This document shows positions 59,147-64,000 of a DNA stretch of 64,000 nucleotides, piece after piece. The DNA comes from Protoeuglena noctilucae (taxonomy: Eukaryota). A program made the translations under genes and the position numbers. The stretch spans positions 186,001 to 250,000 of the forward strand of contig OY253689.1 of NCBI GenBank assembly GCA_958009085.1, in the 5' to 3' direction. The notes under the pieces are model-generated. The model did no database searches. It saw only the letters and a program-made list of their open reading frames with translations, and had not been told where the DNA came from. Numbering within the stretch: the first letter of the stretch is position 1; each line of letters starts with the position of its first letter.

Positions 59147-60433
59147 TTACGAGGCTACGGCCCCGATCGACCTCTGACGACTTACAGAGTTGTCTGGTGG
59201 CCTCTGGGCCCCCGATGGCCGCCCCGTGCCACTGATATGTGTGCCTGACGCCGCGATGAGCCTCGTCTCCATCTCAGCCACCTCCTGCTCCAAAGTCATC
59301 GTGCGTGCCTGCCGGCGCACGAGTGACGACTGCCGCCGCGCCGCCGCGTGCTGCGGCCAGGAGACGGCAGTGAGTTGAGACGTACCCCGCCAGGTCCCGC
59401 AACCAAGATAGCGAGGCAGCCAACAGAGCTGTGCATAGCCAGGTCCTTCCTTGGCAAGCCAACAGCCGGGACACTCGAGGCGCTCCAACTCACGTCGACG
59501 CTCTCCCGCCCGCCCTCGACGTCTCGGTCGGCTGCAGTGTCCCCTGGACCACCGCGGGCGGGGTCGCTGTACGTGGGCGCCATGGGGATCACCCCCACGG
59601 CGTGCACATACGTGAAGGCCTCCTTGCCACCCTCGTACTTGACCGGGAGCTGGCTCCGTTCCTCGTTCCAAGCCAGCGCCTGCAGGTTGCGCAACGAGGT
59701 GGGCGAGGCGTGGACAGCGTGGGGCATCCGGGCCACGGCGGTGGAACACTCGCAGGCGTTGTTGCTAATGCCTCATACAGGGTCCAGTATCATCGTCACC
59801 ATGTAAGAGTCCGCGTCGCACCTTAAGCACGGCCCGTTCGCTGCCGAGCAGGGCGCTGTCGGCGGGGAAGATGGCCCGGGCTCTCTGGAGGCACTGCTCC
59901 AGTGACCGATAGACGTATAGGCCGCCCCGGTGACCATCCACGATGCGCTGCATCACCGTCGTGCCCGTCCGGTACTCGGTCACTCCGTCAAACACCGACA
60001 CGGGCACGCCATCCCGTATCGCGACCACCTTGTAGCAAGTAACGGCCCAGGTTGGGGGGCGCCGCGAGACGATGCAGGGCGTAAGCTGGGGCAGCCACGC
60101 GGCACCTGATGGCGACGGGGCGTCCTGTGATCGGCCCCAGCCCTGCGCCGCCTCTGCCGCGTTGCGGATGGAGGCCCTCAGGTCCTGCTCAAACTCATAC
60201 TCTCTGCGCGCAAGTAGCGGCGGCGAGCTGCTCGGCGCGAGATGAAACGCACACCGCGCGACGACACCGGGCGTGGCGGCGCCCTACCCAAGCGCGAAGG
60301 ATAACGAATGTGGCCCGTTGCCCAGCGCGTAGTCCCTCCCCGTCCCGCTCGCGTCCACGTTCAAGCGGGCCCGGAGGTTGCCCAGGACGCTAGCTACTTC
60401 GATGTCCAAGTCGAGGCTGTCTTCGCCCCGCAT
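59147..60433 (-). CDS. Hypothetical protein with a globular YK...SVFDG.TEY..G...H.GG.Y domain and C-terminal coiled coil
   Basis: Exons MRGEDSLDLDIEV..., CYKVVAIRDGVPVSVFDGVTEYRTG..HRGGLYVYRSLEQCL..FPADSALL, ..KEAFTYVHAVGV.., TLEQEVAEMETRL. Confidence 0.65.
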
Positions 60434-60802
60434 TCGTCCCAGAGTCGCGTGCTCCGAGCGCGAGTTGCAGGTGCAGCAGTAACAGAGTACAACGAGCGAC
60501 TCCGCCACGCCGGAATCTCGCCGGACGCCTGAGGCTGGCTGGCCGCTGGCAGAGAAAAAACCCCGTGCCAGAGCTCCGCAAGACTGCCCTGGATCAGTCA
60601 CTGCCTGGTCCCATGTCCACGTACCTGCCTGACGCGTGGAGATGGCGAAGCGGTTGTAAAGCAAGACGACTTGCAGCGAGCAGCTCGCCGCCCACGCATG
60701 CTGAGTCGCATCCCCACGGCAGGCGCTTGATTTCCCAACTTGTCCGGCATCTGACCAAGCGGCAGTCGCAGGGCCGCGGTGGCTGGGTCGCGGTGCTGCG
60801 CC

Positions 60803-61868
60803 ATGGCGGAGTTCACGATGAACGGGGTGGGCCCCAGCGGCCCCGCGTCGACTTCGGGGATGCCATGGTACAACACCGCAGCGAGGTGACGTTGCCAGTC
60901 CTGCGGAGCGTCCGCGCTGCGATGCGCGCCCTCCCCAGCTCACAGCGTCGCCCGCTCCGCCCTTTTGCAGCGGGTACGCCGGGTCTCAGGCCCGGCCGCC
61001 TCCGCCCATGAGCCAGGGGAACGGGAGAGTCCCGATCGAGGACGAGGAGCCTCTCATTCAAGGCACGCGGCGCTGTACGCGTCGCGCAGGCAGCGCCCGT
61101 TCCCGCAGACGGAGCTCCCGCGGATCCCGATCTCTGAGCGAAAGCCTTTGCTTGTCGTGCGCAGAGCTGGGGATTGATTTGGGCGGGGTCACGAAGCGCC
61201 TGATGCTCGTGCTCACGATGCAAGCGGCCAAGCAGCCGCAGCTCATGGCGGAGGCAGACGTCGCGGGGGCGCTGGCGGTGCTGCTGGGGATAAGCGCGTT
61301 GCACCTGTTCTTGGGGAAGCTGCACTTCGGGGTGATTTTGGGTGAGCAAGCGACTGAGGCTCTGCGGCACACGCTGGGACTCAGCGCGGCGAAAGGCGTG
61401 CAGGAAGACAAATTGCTAGCGCTCCGTTCTCGCAGGATGGACCGTCGTCGCTGCCCTCGTCATGTCATGGATGTTCTCGCTCCTCGCCCAGCCGACGTTC
61501 TCTGGGCCTCAGTCGCAACCCCCGGGTGCCTTCCGCACCCTGTGCATCCTCGGCTACTGCCTCATCCCCATGGTCGGCCTGGCCGTCGCGGCGGTCTTCT
61601 TCAACGCTGGGCTGCTCCTGGCTGGCATCGCAGGCGAGTGTGCAGAGACTCTGCCCCGTGCGCACCCTCGCCAGCCCAAAGGCGGCCCCCGCCAAAGCCC
61701 AGTCCCCCAGCCTCCCTCGCAGCCTTTTGCGTGCTCTGGTCGTCCTATCTCGTGGCGGTCATCTTTACGGGCTTCGTCGAGGAGCTCAAGGGCAACCAGA
61801 CCCTCGTCATGTTCCCTGCCCTCCTCTTCTACGCCATGATCGCCATCCTCACGCTCTACCGCCGCTAG
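60803..61868 (+). CDS. Yip1-domain Golgi/ER membrane protein
   Basis: EDEEPLIQ|ELGID, DVAGAL, GKLHFGVILG, LCILGYCLIPM, WSS, LVMFPALLFY. Confidence 0.88.
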
Positions 61869-61970
61869 TGAGGCCCCTCGCGGGCTCAACTCCTACCCCG
61901 AACACTTTGACAGTTGCATTCAATTCGCAAGCCCGGTTCACCCAACGGTTGGCGCGAAAGTCGAGAGAGT

Positions 61971-63371
61971 CTAGTGGCCCAGGGTCCCTGCGAAGGCCTC
62001 GACGGCGCGCTTGCGCTCGTCCTCGATCTCCTGCGCCGAAGAACAAGGTCCAAATGGTCAGCTGCCCACGGTGCCGCCTTCGTCGCACCGTGCGCTGTGC
62101 CCGTCACCCACGCAGCCCGTATGTATCACCTTGAGGCGGTCCGTGCACAGCTCCACCTCCTCCTGCTCGTACTGCTTCAGGAGCGACCCCTTCTCGTCCA
62201 CCCCCAGCGACTCCCACAGGCCCGTCTTGGCCAGCTCGGCCGACAGGGCCTTCATGCCCTCCTCGCTCGAGAAAAGCACGGGCTTGCCCAGCTTGCTCTC
62301 GGCCTGGTCGAGCGCGCGAGAGAAGGCCGTGTACGCCTCCGGGAGCAGGTGCGGCTCCGCCTGGGCCTTGAACTGCACGCGGGGTCGGGGGTACCCACGG
62401 TCTCAAAGGGCGCACGTCCGTGAAAAGAGGGCTTGGACTGCAAAGGCGACGCCATCGGTGCCAACGGCGCGGTATCTGACGTCGCCCGAGCGCTGCGGGT
62501 GCACCTTGCGGACGGAGTCTTGCGCGTTGCGGACCAGGAGCTCGCGCTGGAAGGCAACCTGGTGCCACCGCTGGAGGATGCCGTGCTTGTCCTTGAGCGA
62601 AAGGACGCTCTTGACGAAGCTCGCCACGCCGCCCCCGTTGGACGAGGAGGGCGTCTCGATGGCCTCCACGGCCGCCTGCGAGGGAGGTGCGGGGTCTGCC
62701 CGTCCTGCCCGGGCCCGCGGGCGAAAGCGGACGGCGAGTCGCGCGGCGCCGATCAACGACCACGCTCCCGTGCGGGACCGGCGGCGGGCGACGCGCCTTG
62801 AAGCCCTCGACCGCCTCCATCTCCTTCACGGCCGTGTAGATGAGCGGATCCACGTTGGCCTTGGCCGCCTCCGCGTCCCAGGACTCGTACTTGGCGCGCT
62901 GGGCGGCCCAGAACTGGTCGTGCTCCTTGTCGCGCGCCCCGGACGACAAATCGGCCTGGTACTGCTTCTTCTTCGCTTCGAGCGCCTCCTTCTCCACCTG
63001 CTTCACGAACTGCTCCAGGCTGGACACCTCCTGGGGAGCCGCAGCCAAAAACCGCCCTGCCAGCGGCGTGTTCCCAGCGGCCCGGGCCAGGCCCGCGCCC
63101 AGACCCTGCGGAGGGAGGGCTGGCAGGCATTGCGGGCGCCACGCGGGGCGCGAGCCGGCTCCCCGCACGCTCCTCGCGCGGCATGCTGCATTTGAGAGCG
63201 ATCGTTGCCACGGGGGGCGTCATCCGGCCCAGAACGCAGCGCAGGCCAGCGACACAGTGCCGGACTGGGCCGATGCGGCACCCAGCGCGCGGGGACCCAG
63301 TGCAACGCCCAACGATGAGCCCACGAGCTCCGCGGGGCCCTCACCGAGCCGAGAATCCTCCGCAGCGACAT
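61971..63371 (-). CDS. Mitochondrial ATP synthase 24-kDa subunit (FAd/MGP1-like)
   Basis: ALDQAESKLGKPVLFSSEEGMKALSAEL...LKQYEQEEVE...EIEDERKRAVEAF resembles my recollection of the plant FAd C-terminus. MSLRRILGS presequence. Confidence 0.7.
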
Positions 63372-63652
63372 CGCCCCGACCGCCGCGCGAGGTCGCCTGT
63401 CCCGGCTAAGAGCGAGTCAGCGGAGAGTGGGGCGTGGTGGGCGGGAACAGGCGAAACACCCGACCGGGGAGTGCCCCGTGTCACTGGCACCGACCGCGGG
63501 GCTCATCGATTCGCGATGCCACTCGGGTTTCACGCGCTGTACATTCCTACGACTAGACGACTGGCGGTGTTGGAAAAGCATTCCAGGGTTTCGTCAGGGG
63601 TGGCATTCCTGGCCCGAGCTCTTCGAAGAAGGGGCGCCGGCCCCCCGAAACC

Positions 63653-64000
63653 ATGGCCGCAGACGTAGCAAACGTCCACGGGGAGGATGCGGGCGCGAGC
63701 GAGCATGAGCTCGCGCGGCTGAAGCAGTCCTTCGCGTTTTGCGGGTTAGAGCGAGAAATGCTGTTTGACGGGGCCAAGTGGCTGGTCAAGGGGGCTACGG
63801 GGAACGACCACTTGTCGCAGGTGGGGTCGCGGCAGAGGCGGGATCGCCGCGCGCTGCGGCCGACCGACTCGAAGGGGTCTAGGGTTGGGGCCCGGTGGAG
63901 TCGCTTGGCGGGGGAAAGGAGAGGCACCGTTGCTCAGCTGAATTTATCGCCAGCAAATCAATTCGATGGCGGGGTCTCGGCGGCTGAGAGGGCCCCAGCG
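63653..64000 (+). CDS. 5' part of an unidentified gene (exon 1 MAADVANV...NDHLSQ, then intron)
   Basis: ccATGG start context, open frame to CAG|GTGGGG donor at 63821. Divergent from the FAd gene. Confidence 0.5.
   Translation, partial: MAADVANVHGEDAGASEHELARLKQSFAFCGLEREMLFDGAKWLVKGATGNDHLSQVGSRQRRDRRALRPTDSKGSRVGARWSRLAGERRGTVAQLNLSPANQFDGGVSAAERAPA

Noticed and set aside
1..64000. Hundreds of long overlapping six-frame ORFs (e.g. 7185-9314 minus, 24843-26477 minus, 38149-39603 read-through)
   Set aside because: Stop-codon scarcity at high GC content. They are antisense shadows or intron read-throughs of the spliced genes.
1..64000. Possible non-standard genetic code (TAA/TAG read as Gln, as in some ulvophytes)
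   Set aside because: Genes end at TAA, TAG and TGA right after conserved C-termini, and the apparent in-frame stops fall in introns.

Overview
This is eukaryotic nuclear DNA: GC-rich, gene-dense and intron-rich. It is almost certainly a chlorophyte green alga. Evidence: plastid-targeted HEMB, LPA3 and BADC, TGTAA poly(A)-type signals, and a FixL-like PAS membrane protein. A plant-type mitochondrial ATP synthase 24-kDa (FAd) subunit argues against Chlorophyceae; a pedinophyte- or prasinophyte-like lineage is only a guess. By stitching exons by hand I find about 25 spliced protein-coding genes. In order: NACHT-like NTPase (partial), TKL kinase with CaaX, NCKX exchanger, FAD oxidoreductase, hypothetical, EF-hand-TMEM65, Tas-like aldo-keto reductase, polyprenol reductase, LPA3, ArfGAP, a 10-kb multi-PAS/TmcB-like membrane protein, LRR protein, C2-TM-LysM protein, PDC E2, TFIIS, Aurora-like kinase, organellar SerRS, BADC, HEMB, PCC1, RGG protein, hypothetical, Yip1, FAd, and a partial last gene. 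I recognised no tRNA, rRNA, CRISPR array or transposon. Most striking observations: (1) about 15 GC-AG introns, roughly 10% of my estimated ~140 introns; (2) a C2 + single-TM + LysM protein lying tail-to-tail with an LRR gene; (3) near-perfect strand alternation of genes (21 of 24 neighbours); (4) a heme-type PAS multi-domain membrane sensor containing a recent 69-bp duplication across a splice acceptor. Gene coordinates are start-to-stop spans of manually inferred spliced models; several 5' ends are uncertain.
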